From an uncultured Gemmatimonadaceae bacterium (GTDB taxonomy: Bacteria; Gemmatimonadota; Gemmatimonadetes; Gemmatimonadales; Gemmatimonadaceae): a stretch of DNA of 64,000 nucleotides. Shown piece by piece: positions 38,220 through 47,603 of the stretch. A program made the position numbers and the translations under genes. Each line of letters begins with the position of its first letter. Within the stretch, counting starts at the first letter, position 1. The stretch lies in contig CAVUDW010000002.1 of assembly GCA_963740355.1 (NCBI GenBank), forward strand, positions 512,001 to 576,000, in the 5' to 3' direction. The notes beneath the pieces were generated by a model that was given only the letters and a program-made list of their open reading frames with translations, was not told the DNA's origin and searched no databases.

Positions 38220-38374
38220 CTTGGTCCTCGAGAAGTTATGCCGTGCGGTCGTTGATTGTATGATAACAATACGAAGGGCGTCGGGCGGTAGAAACTATGG
38301 AACGCAGCTTTGCGGGTCGCGACTACTCAGGTTCGAGATAATCTGGCCGACGGGCTAGATCTGCGTCACGGGCG

Positions 38375-39496
38375 TCACCCGAGCATCCTAGCCAACGGAA
38401 CGGCGCCGAACGTGCCTATATTGTCACGCGCGCCAACCGCCAGCGCACCAGTGCCTCGGAAGCGAAGGAGCGTCGCCACATGCGCGGAGAAGGGGGGAAG
38501 TACCGCCGCCAGCGCATGCCCGCGCCCAACCAGCGCTCGCACCGTTTGCATCAACGCCGAGCAATCCCCGACCTCGAACGACACCACCTGTCCATCCGCC
38601 CCAAACACAGGCAGACACCCACCGCCATCAGATGAGACAGTCACCCGATCCACTGGCGCCCCCGATTCCCAGTAGATCTCCAGCGCATCCGCCGCCGAAT
38701 ACGCATCCTCGCCGTCCGCGACTGGAAAATCCGTGATGTCGATGTAACACCCGAACTCCTTCACCAACGCGATCGCTTCGTGAAAGAGCGCTTTCCGTCG
38801 ATTCACATGCGTCGGATTGAACACCCGCGGCGGAATCTCCGAGACCGTCAGCGCCTCGCGAATCAGCTCCAGCCCGCGCAGCCCGTCGCCCACGTGCAGG
38901 TGCAGGATCCCCGCCTTGCCCGTCATCAATCCGGCCACGTGTGCATCGGCCGCGATCCGCAGCAGTTCCTGCAGCGTCGGCTGTGATGATCGATGATCCG
39001 AGATCGCCACTTCGCCCACGCCAATGATGCAATCGATGTTCACTATGTCGCTGCGCACCGAGCCGGTGAGCGTCGTCAGCGGCAGGTGATACCCACCGGT
39101 GTGGCACCAGGCATTGATCCCCTGTGCCCGTAGTGCACGCACACCGGCCACCAGTTCGGCGGTGGATCGCGTCACATCGTCGGTGCCCAGCACCCCGACC
39201 ACCGTCGTCACGCCGGCCTTCCGATACGACTCCGCCAGCGGTGCTGGCACCTTCGACGCCGGCCCCGCCTCACCACCACCACCGGTGATGTGGCAATGCC
39301 CATCGATCAGCCCCGGAATCACCCGCCGCCCTTCGAGGTCGATCTCCTCCACACCCAGGTACGGCGGAAACGACGGCCGCTCCGTCCCCATGTAGAGAAT
39401 CGTGCCGCCACCAATCAGGATGTGCTGGTGCCCCAGGTGCTCCGGCGCGTACACATCGCCGTTGAGCAGGAGAGTCATTGAACTCGTCGTCGTCAT
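38375..39496 (-). CDS. iadA: Isoaspartyl dipeptidase (beta-aspartyl peptidase)
   Basis: DGHCH, GGGGEAG, GVLGTD, TGGYH, AISDHRSSQP, PTH, SSDG. Confidence 0.9.
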   Translation of the reverse strand: MTTTSSMTLLLNGDVYAPEHLGHQHILIGGGTILYMGTERPSFPPYLGVEEIDLEGRRVIPGLIDGHCHITGGGGEAGPASKVPAPLAESYRKAGVTTVVGVLGTDDVTRSTAELVAGVRALRAQGINAWCHTGGYHLPLTTLTGSVRSDIVNIDCIIGVGEVAISDHRSSQPTLQELLRIAADAHVAGLMTGKAGILHLHVGDGLRGLELIREALTVSEIPPRVFNPTHVNRRKALFHEAIALVKEFGCYIDITDFPVADGEDAYSAADALEIYWESGAPVDRVTVSSDGGGCLPVFGADGQVVSFEVGDCSALMQTVRALVGRGHALAAVLPPFSAHVATLLRFRGTGALAVGARDNIGTFGAVPLARMLG

Positions 39497-39552
39497 GCGC
39501 CCAAGCCTACCGCTCCCGCCGCGCCGCCACCACCGGCACGAGCGGTCGCTGT

Positions 39553-39978
39553 CGCTTCGCCAGCGCCGTTAACAGCAATGGGGGCGGGAGGCCACGGAGC
39601 TCACGGAGTAGCTCCCGATGCCACCACTCGCGCTTCGCTACCGCCGTTAACAGCGATGGGGGCGGGAGGCCACGGAGCTCACGGAGTAGCTACGGTTGCC
39701 ACCTGCCGTGCAGCGCGATCCATCCTTGACGAGGAAAAGAGGGAACAGCGGAATAGCAGTCCCCGTCAATCTCGATGGCGGCGAAACGCGACGCCTCGTG
39801 AATGGAGCTACTCCGTGAGCTCCGTGGCCTCCCGCCCCCCTGCAGTTCAGGATGCATCGCTCGCGCGTGGAGTCCTCGTGTCCTACCGCCCACCTGCAGT
39901 TCACACTGCCCGCGAAACGCGACGCCTCGTGAATGGAGCTACTCCGTGAGCTCCGTGGCCTCCCGCCCCCCTGCAGTT
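39553..39978. repeat. Intergenic array with two direct and two inverted copies of a 34-bp core
   Basis: GGGGGCGGGAGGCCACGGAGCTCACGGAGTAGCT at 39580 and 39658; reverse complement at 39806 and 39937. Confidence 0.92.
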
Positions 39979-40101
39979 GACGATGTCTCGCTCGCGCATG
40001 GAGCCCTCGTGCCGGCGCGGATGTAGTCCGGACACAGGCATGCCAACACTAGTCAGCCGCTCCGGCTCCCTGATCTCGCCCGTCCCCCGTACCTTGCGAC
40101 C

Positions 40102-40938
40102 ATGCCGTCTCCAACCAACCGCAAAGGCTGGCTCGTCCCGATCGGCGGGAAACTGACCGACGCCAACATCCTCGCTCGGTTCATCGAGCTCTGTGGGCCA
40201 CGGAATCCGGTCATCGCCATCATCCCCACCGCCTCGGAAGAGTCGGACATGGGGGCGTGGTACGAGAAGCAGTTCGCCAGGCACGGCGTCAAATACGCCC
40301 GCGCCCTCAACTTCCAGCGCCGATCCGACTGCGACGACCGCGACTGGACCGCGCAGCTCGAAGATGCCGACGGCGTATTCATCACCGGCGGCAACCAGCT
40401 CCGGTTGACCACCATCATGGGTGGAACCCCAGCGGCGCAGATCCTCCACGACCGCTTCTACGCCGGAATGCCAGTGGCCGGCACCAGCGCCGGGGCCGCT
40501 GTCATGTCCACCCACATGATCGCCGGCGGCGAGGAAGGCCCAACCCCTCGCGCAGGCATGGTGACGATGGCGCCAGGATTCGGCCTCACCCGCGACTTCA
40601 TCGTCGACCAGCACTTCCGCCAGCGCGACCGACTCGGACGGCTGCTTACCGCGCTGTCCTACAACCCCGCGCTTTTGGGTCTGGGCGTGGACGAAGACAC
40701 CGCCGCCTTCATCAGCCCGGACGACGAAATCGACGTCATGGGCACCAGCGCGGTCACGGTGATCGATACTGCGGATGTGGAGTTCTCCTCCATGCATGCA
40801 GCGGAACCGTACGACACCGTCACGCTGCTCGGCATCAGGATGCACCAACTCGCTGAAGGCGCCGGATTCAACCTCCGCACCCGCAAGGCGCACGGCAAGA
40901 ACGTCGTCACCCTCCAGCACACCGACCCGGCCGCATGA
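40102..40938 (+). CDS. cphB: Cyanophycinase
   Basis: IGG, IPTAS, TGGNQLRL, GTSAGAA, DQHFRQRDRLGRL, GVDEDTA. Confidence 0.92.
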   Translation: MPSPTNRKGWLVPIGGKLTDANILARFIELCGPRNPVIAIIPTASEESDMGAWYEKQFARHGVKYARALNFQRRSDCDDRDWTAQLEDADGVFITGGNQLRLTTIMGGTPAAQILHDRFYAGMPVAGTSAGAAVMSTHMIAGGEEGPTPRAGMVTMAPGFGLTRDFIVDQHFRQRDRLGRLLTALSYNPALLGLGVDEDTAAFISPDDEIDVMGTSAVTVIDTADVEFSSMHAAEPYDTVTLLGIRMHQLAEGAGFNLRTRKAHGKNVVTLQHTDPAA

Positions 40939-43820
40939 AGATTCTCGATCGCAACGTCTACGTCGGCCCGAGTCACTACGCCCACTTCCCGGTCATCCGG
41001 CTGGAAGTGGACCTCGGCGTGCTCGAGGCCTGGCCGACCATGCGATTGGGACACGGGTTCATCGACGCGCTGGTCGAACGACTCCCCGGCCTGAAGGAAC
41101 ACGGCTGCAGCTACGGTGAGCCCGGTGGATTCATCCGACGCATGACCGAGGACGAAGGCACCTGGCTTGGCCATGTCTTCGAACATGTCGTGATCGAGAT
41201 GCAGAACACCGCCGGTATCGCCGTCACCTTCGGCAAGACCCGTTCTGCCGGCCGTGATGGTGTCTACGACGTGGCGTTCGAATACGAACAGGAAGATGTC
41301 GGGATCGAAGCGGCCGACCTCTCGCTGAATCTGCTGCACTCGTTGCTGCCGGCTGAACTTCGTCCAGACGACTACGACGCCAGCTTCGACTGGGAAGAAA
41401 GTCGTGACACGTTCATTCGGTATGCACAGCGACGCGCGCTCGGCCCGAGCACCGCGTCCATCGTGCACGCCGCCGAGAAGCGCGGCATCCCATGGATCCG
41501 CCTCAACGAGCAGTCGCTGATCCAGCTTGGATACGGCTGCCATCAGCAGCGCATCCAGGCCACCATCACCGGCCGCACGTCGCACATCGCCGTCGAACTG
41601 GCGAGTGACAAGGAAGAAACCAACAAGATCCTCGCCAACCTCGGCCTGCCAGTGCCGAAGCAGCGGCTGGTGCAGACCGCCGAACGGGCCGTGAATGCGG
41701 CGGAACGGATCGGCTTCCCGGTCGTGCTCAAGCCGTACAACGGCAATCATGGTCGCGGCGTCTCGATCAATCTCAGCGACAAGGACGAGATCCGCGAAGC
41801 CTTCGCGCGTGCGCAGGAACACTCGCGCAGCGTGATCGTCGAGACGTTCATCACCGGCCATGACCATCGCATGGTGGTGATCAATGGTGAGCTGGTCGCC
41901 GTCAGCAAGCGTGAGCCAGGCCATGTCGTCGGCGACGGCGAGCACACCATCGAGCAGTTGGTGGCGATCGTGAACTCCGATCCGCGACGCGGCATCGGAC
42001 ACGAGAAGGTGTTGACGCGAATCGAGCTCGATGCACAAGCCACCGGCCTGCTGACCAAGCTTGGCTATACCGCGCAGACGATTCCGCCGAAGGATGAAGT
42101 CGTGTATCTGCGGCTGACCGCTAACCTCAGTACCGGCGGTACAGCCCGCGACATGACCGACCTCGTGCACCCCGACAACGCCGAGATGGCGGTGCGCGCG
42201 ATCAAGGCGATCGGGCTCGACATCGGTGGCGTGGACTTCCTCACGCCGGATATCACGCAGAGCTACAAGGACATCGGCGGAGCGATCTGCGAGATCAACG
42301 CGGCGCCAGGTTTCCGCATGCACATGGCGCCCAGCGACGGGCGCCCGCGCGATGTCGCGGGCAAGACCATCGACATGTTGTTCCCGGCCGGAAGCCCGAG
42401 CACCATTCCGATTGCAGCCATCACCGGCACCAACGGCAAGACGACCACCTCGCGCATGCTGGCGCACATCCACAAGCTGGCTGGCAAGCGTGTCGGATTG
42501 ACCACCACCGACGGCGTGTACGTCGATGGTCAGCGCACTGTAGTGGGCGACATGACGGGTCCTACCGCCGCGCGCATCGTGCTCAGCGATCCGAATGTCG
42601 AAGTGGCAGTGCTGGAGACAGCCCGCGGTGGACTGCTGCGTGCTGGCATGGCGACCCGACACGTGGACGTCGGCGCCGTGCTCAACGTGCGCCCCGATCA
42701 TCTGGGCCAGAAGAACATCGATACCCTCGAGCAACTCGCCGAGATCAAGCGGACGGTGATCGAGATCGCGCGTGATACGGCGGTGTTGAATGCCGATGAT
42801 CCGCTCACGCTCCGCATGGCGGCGTATACCGAGGCGAAGCATGTCTGTTACGTGACGCTGAACCCGGATCACCAGCTGGTGCGCGAGCATATCCGCGCCG
42901 GCGGTCGTGCCATCGCGCTCGAGAATGGCATCAACGGCTCGATGATCACGATCTACGATCACGGTGCCCACATTCCGTTGCTCTGGACGCACCTGATTCC
43001 GGCCACGATCGAAGGCAAGGCGTTGCACAACGTGCAGAACGCGATGTTCGCCGCCGCAATGGCATTTGCGATGGGTGTGCGTCTCGAGGACATCCGGCAC
43101 GGCCTGCGCACCTTCGACACCAGCTTCTTCCAGGCACCGGGACGTCTCAACGTCTACGAGCAGCATCCGTTCCGCGTGTTGTTCGACTACGGTCACAACG
43201 CCGACGCCGTCGAGCAACTCTGTCAGCTGGCGAACCGGCTCGATGTGAAGGGCCGTCGCATCTGCGTGCTCTCGGCGCCAGGCGACCGTCGGGATCAGGA
43301 TATCGTGGCCATCGCTGACGTCGCGGCGGCCGCTGTCTTCGATCACTACATCTGCCGTCGTGACGACAGTCGGCGTGGTCGAAGTGACGACGAAGTGCCG
43401 CGGATGCTCGCCGAGGCGCTGCTCGCACGCGGCATCGGGAAGGACCGCGTCGAGATCGTCGTCGACGAGCAGGAGGCGATCGAGACTGCGCTGCGCAAGG
43501 CAGAACCGGGTGACCTGGTACTGATCTTCGCCGACGCTTTGGCGCGCGGCTGGAAGCAGATCACGCAGTTCAAGCCCGACTTCGACCGCGCGTCACTCGT
43601 CTCGCCGAAGCGGCAGGCGCCGCAGACCATCACCCCCGATGCGATGGAGTTGGCGGACGACAGCGTACCGCCGCCGGCGCCGCCGAAGGTGGTGGTCGAG
43701 GCGCGTCCTGTCGCACCGGCTCGTGTCCCGATCGCGCACACTGATGCTGAAGGGCATGGCTCCACGACCATCGTCAGGGACGATCGCGGCGTGTTTCTCG
43801 CCCGCGAAGCGAACGACTAG
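40935..43820 (+). CDS. cphA: Cyanophycin synthetase
   Basis: N domain EHGCS...GHVFEH; ATP-grasp (KPYNGNHGRGV, NLSTGG, EINAAPG); Mur-ligase domain (TGTNGKTT, ETARGG, DYGHN). Confidence 0.95.
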   Translation: MKILDRNVYVGPSHYAHFPVIRLEVDLGVLEAWPTMRLGHGFIDALVERLPGLKEHGCSYGEPGGFIRRMTEDEGTWLGHVFEHVVIEMQNTAGIAVTFGKTRSAGRDGVYDVAFEYEQEDVGIEAADLSLNLLHSLLPAELRPDDYDASFDWEESRDTFIRYAQRRALGPSTASIVHAAEKRGIPWIRLNEQSLIQLGYGCHQQRIQATITGRTSHIAVELASDKEETNKILANLGLPVPKQRLVQTAERAVNAAERIGFPVVLKPYNGNHGRGVSINLSDKDEIREAFARAQEHSRSVIVETFITGHDHRMVVINGELVAVSKREPGHVVGDGEHTIEQLVAIVNSDPRRGIGHEKVLTRIELDAQATGLLTKLGYTAQTIPPKDEVVYLRLTANLSTGGTARDMTDLVHPDNAEMAVRAIKAIGLDIGGVDFLTPDITQSYKDIGGAICEINAAPGFRMHMAPSDGRPRDVAGKTIDMLFPAGSPSTIPIAAITGTNGKTTTSRMLAHIHKLAGKRVGLTTTDGVYVDGQRTVVGDMTGPTAARIVLSDPNVEVAVLETARGGLLRAGMATRHVDVGAVLNVRPDHLGQKNIDTLEQLAEIKRTVIEIARDTAVLNADDPLTLRMAAYTEAKHVCYVTLNPDHQLVREHIRAGGRAIALENGINGSMITIYDHGAHIPLLWTHLIPATIEGKALHNVQNAMFAAAMAFAMGVRLEDIRHGLRTFDTSFFQAPGRLNVYEQHPFRVLFDYGHNADAVEQLCQLANRLDVKGRRICVLSAPGDRRDQDIVAIADVAAAAVFDHYICRRDDSRRGRSDDEVPRMLAEALLARGIGKDRVEIVVDEQEAIETALRKAEPGDLVLIFADALARGWKQITQFKPDFDRASLVSPKRQAPQTITPDAMELADDSVPPPAPPKVVVEARPVAPARVPIAHTDAEGHGSTTIVRDDRGVFLAREAND

Positions 43821-43841
43821 TGTTGCAACGCAGGACCTGAT

Positions 43842-45548
43842 ATGACGCGCCCTCCGCGCGAACCGGACCTCGAGTCGGGTTATCCCTCACCGACCATCGT
43901 GGATTCGCGCCGTCTGATGGGCCCCAACCTGATGCACTCAGGGCTGGGTGCTGTGCTCGATGTTTCGCTCGATGATGCTGCAACGGACCACAACGCCGAG
44001 CTGCTGCGTGTGTGGCACGAGCGTGTGTCTGTGCTGGCGGACGCGCTCGATTGGCCTTACGCCGAGACGGTGCAGCGCGTCTACCCGGGGGGCGCGAGCC
44101 TCTTCGTTCACGCGCCGATCGATCAGTTGATGACTGCAACGGAAGTCTGCGAGTCCGCCTGGGTGTATGCGGAATCGCGGCTCGCTGGCGCGGAATCCGC
44201 GAAGCTGACCGACCCCGTTGCGGCATTGAAGGCGTTTTCGCACGCCGAAGCAGTGCGGACGCCAGGCACCCGGCGCAGACTGCTCGAACTCTGGGACGAA
44301 GCGCAGCGGCTCGGATTGAACTGCACCTTTGATGAAACCCACGCCTTCGTCGGGACTGGCGTTGGCGCCACGGGGTGGCTGATCGATGACATCCCACCCA
44401 TCGATTCGATCGACTGGCTGAGCGTACGCGACATCCCGATCGTGCTCGTCACCGGGTCGAACGGCAAGACCACCGTGGTGCGCATGGTGGCGGCGATGGC
44501 GCGCGCTGCCGGTCACACGGTCGGCTACACCTGCACCGATGGTGTCTGGATCGGCGACATGCAGGTCGAAAGTGGCGATTGGTCAGGGCCTGCAGGAGCG
44601 CGTCGGGTGGTTCAGGACCCAGCAGTGACGCTGGCGGTGCTCGAGACGGCTCGCGGTGGCTTGCTGCGGCGTGGACTGGCGGTGCAGCGCGCCTCAGTCG
44701 CTGCGATCGTCACGCTCTCCCCCGACCACTTCGGCGATTATGGCATCAATGACCTAAGGACACTGGCCGAGGCGAAGCTGGTGGTTGGTCGGGCGGTATC
44801 GGAGACCGGGGCGCTGGTCTACAACGCCGAGGTGCCTGCGCTGGTGGAGGCTGTTGCTGGCTATCAGGGTCGCCGCGTGCCGGTGCGCGCCGACGACGGC
44901 GGCCTTTCCCAGGCCGACATCGCGGCGATCCCTGCAACGCTGGGCGGCACGGCACGCCACAACGTGCTCAACGCGGCCTTCGCGTTCGCCATCGCCACGG
45001 AGTTGAAGCTCGGCGAGGCCGCTGTGGGGGCGCTGAAGGTTTTTGGCGCCGGCTCCGCCGACAACATGGGTCGGCTCATGGTGCGGAAGGTTGGTGGCGT
45101 AACGGTCGTGATCGACTACGCCCACAATCCGCAGAGCGTCGCCGCGCTCATCGACGCGACCCGCCAGATTCAGGCGACCCGGCGCGTGATCTCACTCGGC
45201 ACTGGTGGTGACCGGGACGATGTCGCGCTGCACGCAATCGCGAAGGCCGCGTTGGACTCCGGCATCATCGATCGGTACATCGCGAAGGAGATGCCGAAAT
45301 TCCTTCGCGGCCGCGCATCAGGCTCCATCAGCGGTGTTCTGCTCGATGCCCTGCGCCAGCTCGGCGTGCCGAACGAGCGGATGGAAAGTGCACCGGACGA
45401 CATGAGCGCCGTTCGCTCAGCATTGCAGTGGGCGCACAGTGGTGACCTGCTTTTGCTCTCCGTGCATGATCATCGCGACGATGTGCTCGCTCTGATTGCA
45501 AAACTTGCAGAGAACGGCTGGCACGCGGGCGACGATCTCACGGCGTAG
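43842..45548 (+). CDS. CphA-related Mur-ligase protein lacking the ATP-grasp domain
   Basis: DSRRLMGPN N-terminus, TGSNGKTT, ETARGGLLRRGL, PDH, DYAHNP, GDR; no ATP-grasp motifs. Confidence 0.82.
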   Translation: MTRPPREPDLESGYPSPTIVDSRRLMGPNLMHSGLGAVLDVSLDDAATDHNAELLRVWHERVSVLADALDWPYAETVQRVYPGGASLFVHAPIDQLMTATEVCESAWVYAESRLAGAESAKLTDPVAALKAFSHAEAVRTPGTRRRLLELWDEAQRLGLNCTFDETHAFVGTGVGATGWLIDDIPPIDSIDWLSVRDIPIVLVTGSNGKTTVVRMVAAMARAAGHTVGYTCTDGVWIGDMQVESGDWSGPAGARRVVQDPAVTLAVLETARGGLLRRGLAVQRASVAAIVTLSPDHFGDYGINDLRTLAEAKLVVGRAVSETGALVYNAEVPALVEAVAGYQGRRVPVRADDGGLSQADIAAIPATLGGTARHNVLNAAFAFAIATELKLGEAAVGALKVFGAGSADNMGRLMVRKVGGVTVVIDYAHNPQSVAALIDATRQIQATRRVISLGTGGDRDDVALHAIAKAALDSGIIDRYIAKEMPKFLRGRASGSISGVLLDALRQLGVPNERMESAPDDMSAVRSALQWAHSGDLLLLSVHDHRDDVLALIAKLAENGWHAGDDLTA

Positions 45549-45672
45549 TCGCCCCGCGGAACGCCGTTGATTTCACGCGCATTTCGGCACCGACTTTTGC
45601 CGCTTCGCTGACATGTGCAATCGCGATGTTTTTCGTCTCGCACGAGACTGGTTCGAGACGTAGCTTCGTGCC

Positions 45673-47529
45673 ATGAAAAATGTGATTCTCACACAACTCA
45701 AGGCGCTGCCGTTCGTGGCAGGGCTTCCGGATGCGCAGCTCTGGCGTTTCGCCCAGTCACTCGAGCCGCATTCCTTCGCCACCGATGATGTGTTCTTCAG
45801 CGAAGGCGATGAGCGATCGATGTTCGCGCTGGTCGTAACCGGTGGCGTGGCCATCGAGAAGACTGCAGGTGGCCGTACCACACGCCTCGTCACGATGGGG
45901 CCCGGTGAGGCCATCGGCGAAGGCATCCTGTTGGACGATACGCGCCACGGCACCACGGCTCGCGCCGTGATCGCCGGTGAGCTGCTGATCCTGAGCAAGG
46001 AGAAGCTGGCCGACATCGTGAAGGACAACCCGCATCTGTACGCCGGGCTTGTGAACCGCGCCGCCCGCGCCATCGCCGGTCGCCTGCGGATCGCCGACGC
46101 CACCCTGGTCGGTCGTGGTCGGACCCTCGGTTTTGGCAGTCGTCGCATGCGCGTCGAACACGATCTGCTTGGGGAGCGGGAAGTGCCGGACGAAGCGCTC
46201 TATGGGGTGCAGACGCTGCGCGCGGCCGAGAATTTCCCGATCACCGGCGTGCCGCTCCGCGAGTTTCCTGAGATCATCGTCGCGTTAGCTGCGGTCAAGA
46301 TCGCTGCCGCTGAAGCCAATCGAGAACTCGGCCTGCTGCCCGACAACGTGGCGGACGCCATCGTGCGTGCGGGCGAGGAGATTCGCGCTGGACGGCACCA
46401 CGAACACTTCATCGTGGACATGATCCAGGGGGGTGCCGGCACCAGCACCAACATGAATGCGAACGAGGTGATCGCGAATCGCGCTCTCGAGATCCTCGGC
46501 CGGTCGCGTGGGACCTATGACGTCGTGCACCCGAACGAACATGTCAATCGCAGCCAGAGCACGAACGACGTGTATCCGACATCGATTCGCATCGCGCTTC
46601 ACATGGCACTCGATGTCCTGCGCGATTCGCTGAAGGATCTGTGCGGCGCGATGGATGCGAAGGCGGTCGAGTTCAGTGACCTGATCAAGATGGGCCGCAC
46701 CCAGCTGCAGGACGCGGTGCCGATGACGCTCGGTCGTGAATTCAAGGCGTGGGCACACACGCTGATGGAAGACGTCGATCGCCTTGGCGAAGCACAGGCG
46801 CTGATGCGCGAGATGAACATGGGCGCGACCGCGATCGGCACCGGCATCACGGCTTCGGAGGAATTCACCGTGTCGGTGCGCAAGCACCTGTCGGAAGTGA
46901 CCGGGCTGGTGATGATCACGGCGCCCGACCTGATCGAGGCCACCAGCGACACCGGTGCTTTCGTGCAGCTGAGTGGCGTGTTGAAGCGCACGGCCACCAA
47001 GCTCTCGAAGATCTGCAACGACCTGCGTTTGCTCAGCTCTGGCCCGCGCGCTGGCTTCGGCGAGATCAACCTGCCGGCCATGCAACCCGGTAGCAGCATC
47101 ATGCCGGGCAAGGTGAATCCGGTCATCCCTGAAGTCGTCAATCAGGTGTGCTTCAACATCATCGGCGGCGATGTCACGGTGACGATGGCGGCCGAGGCAG
47201 GGCAGCTGCAGCTCAACGTCTTCGAGCCGATCATCGCCTACAAGCTGCTGGGCGGCATCCACGAGCTGACGCACGCCATCCAGGTTCTGAAGGACAAGTG
47301 CATCGTCGGCATCACGGCCAATGCCGACCGCATGCGGTACTACGTCGAGCATTCCATCGGCGTCGTCACCGCGTTGTTGCCGGTGATCGGCTACGAGAAG
47401 GCGACCGGTGTGGCCAAGGAAGCGCTGGCGACGGGCCGGGGCGTGACCGAGATCGTGCTCGAGCGCGGGTGGCTGACGCGTGAGCAGCTCGATGACGTGC
47501 TGCGTCCGGAGTCGATGGCGGGACGGTAG
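45673..47529 (+). CDS. aspA: Aspartate ammonia-lyase with N-terminal cNMP-binding-like domain
   Basis: FSEGD...G...GPGEAIGE cNMP fold; RVEHDLLG, GAGTSTNMNANEV, QSTND, GSSIMPGKVNP. Confidence 0.9.
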   Translation: MKNVILTQLKALPFVAGLPDAQLWRFAQSLEPHSFATDDVFFSEGDERSMFALVVTGGVAIEKTAGGRTTRLVTMGPGEAIGEGILLDDTRHGTTARAVIAGELLILSKEKLADIVKDNPHLYAGLVNRAARAIAGRLRIADATLVGRGRTLGFGSRRMRVEHDLLGEREVPDEALYGVQTLRAAENFPITGVPLREFPEIIVALAAVKIAAAEANRELGLLPDNVADAIVRAGEEIRAGRHHEHFIVDMIQGGAGTSTNMNANEVIANRALEILGRSRGTYDVVHPNEHVNRSQSTNDVYPTSIRIALHMALDVLRDSLKDLCGAMDAKAVEFSDLIKMGRTQLQDAVPMTLGREFKAWAHTLMEDVDRLGEAQALMREMNMGATAIGTGITASEEFTVSVRKHLSEVTGLVMITAPDLIEATSDTGAFVQLSGVLKRTATKLSKICNDLRLLSSGPRAGFGEINLPAMQPGSSIMPGKVNPVIPEVVNQVCFNIIGGDVTVTMAAEAGQLQLNVFEPIIAYKLLGGIHELTHAIQVLKDKCIVGITANADRMRYYVEHSIGVVTALLPVIGYEKATGVAKEALATGRGVTEIVLERGWLTREQLDDVLRPESMAGR

Positions 47530-47540
47530 CCATACCTGGC

Positions 47541-47581
47541 CATCTGTACTATCTGACTAGTCCGGTCAGCTAGTACAGATG
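47541..47581. terminator. Hairpin between convergent aspA and vapC
   Basis: CATCTGTACTA / TAGTACAGATG with inner CTGAC/GTCAG stem. Confidence 0.55.
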
Positions 47582-47603
47582 TTCAGGAAACATCGACCGT
47601 CGG

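Larger units (their letters stand above)
26033..38374. other. Defence-type genomic island
   Basis: Visible shift to more AT-rich codon usage; R-M, nuclease, ATPase and IS content; boundaries approximate and no integrase seen. Confidence 0.75.

Noticed and set aside
38310..38370. tRNA/att site suggested by GGTTCGAG
   Set aside because: No cloverleaf and no matching direct repeat at the other island end.
39553..39978. CRISPR array or protein-coding ORFs across the repeats
   Set aside because: Repeats are in both orientations with irregular spacing; the overlapping ORFs are translations of the repeat.
40659..43346. 895-aa minus-strand ORF, and similar long antisense ORFs (4026-5639, 9573-10838, 50824-52374, 55531-56964)
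   Set aside because: These are shadow ORFs opposite well-supported genes, common in high-GC DNA.
45681..45693. CRP-like site TGTGA-N3-TCACA at the aspA start
   Set aside because: The spacer is 3 rather than 6 nt, and the site lies within coding sequence.
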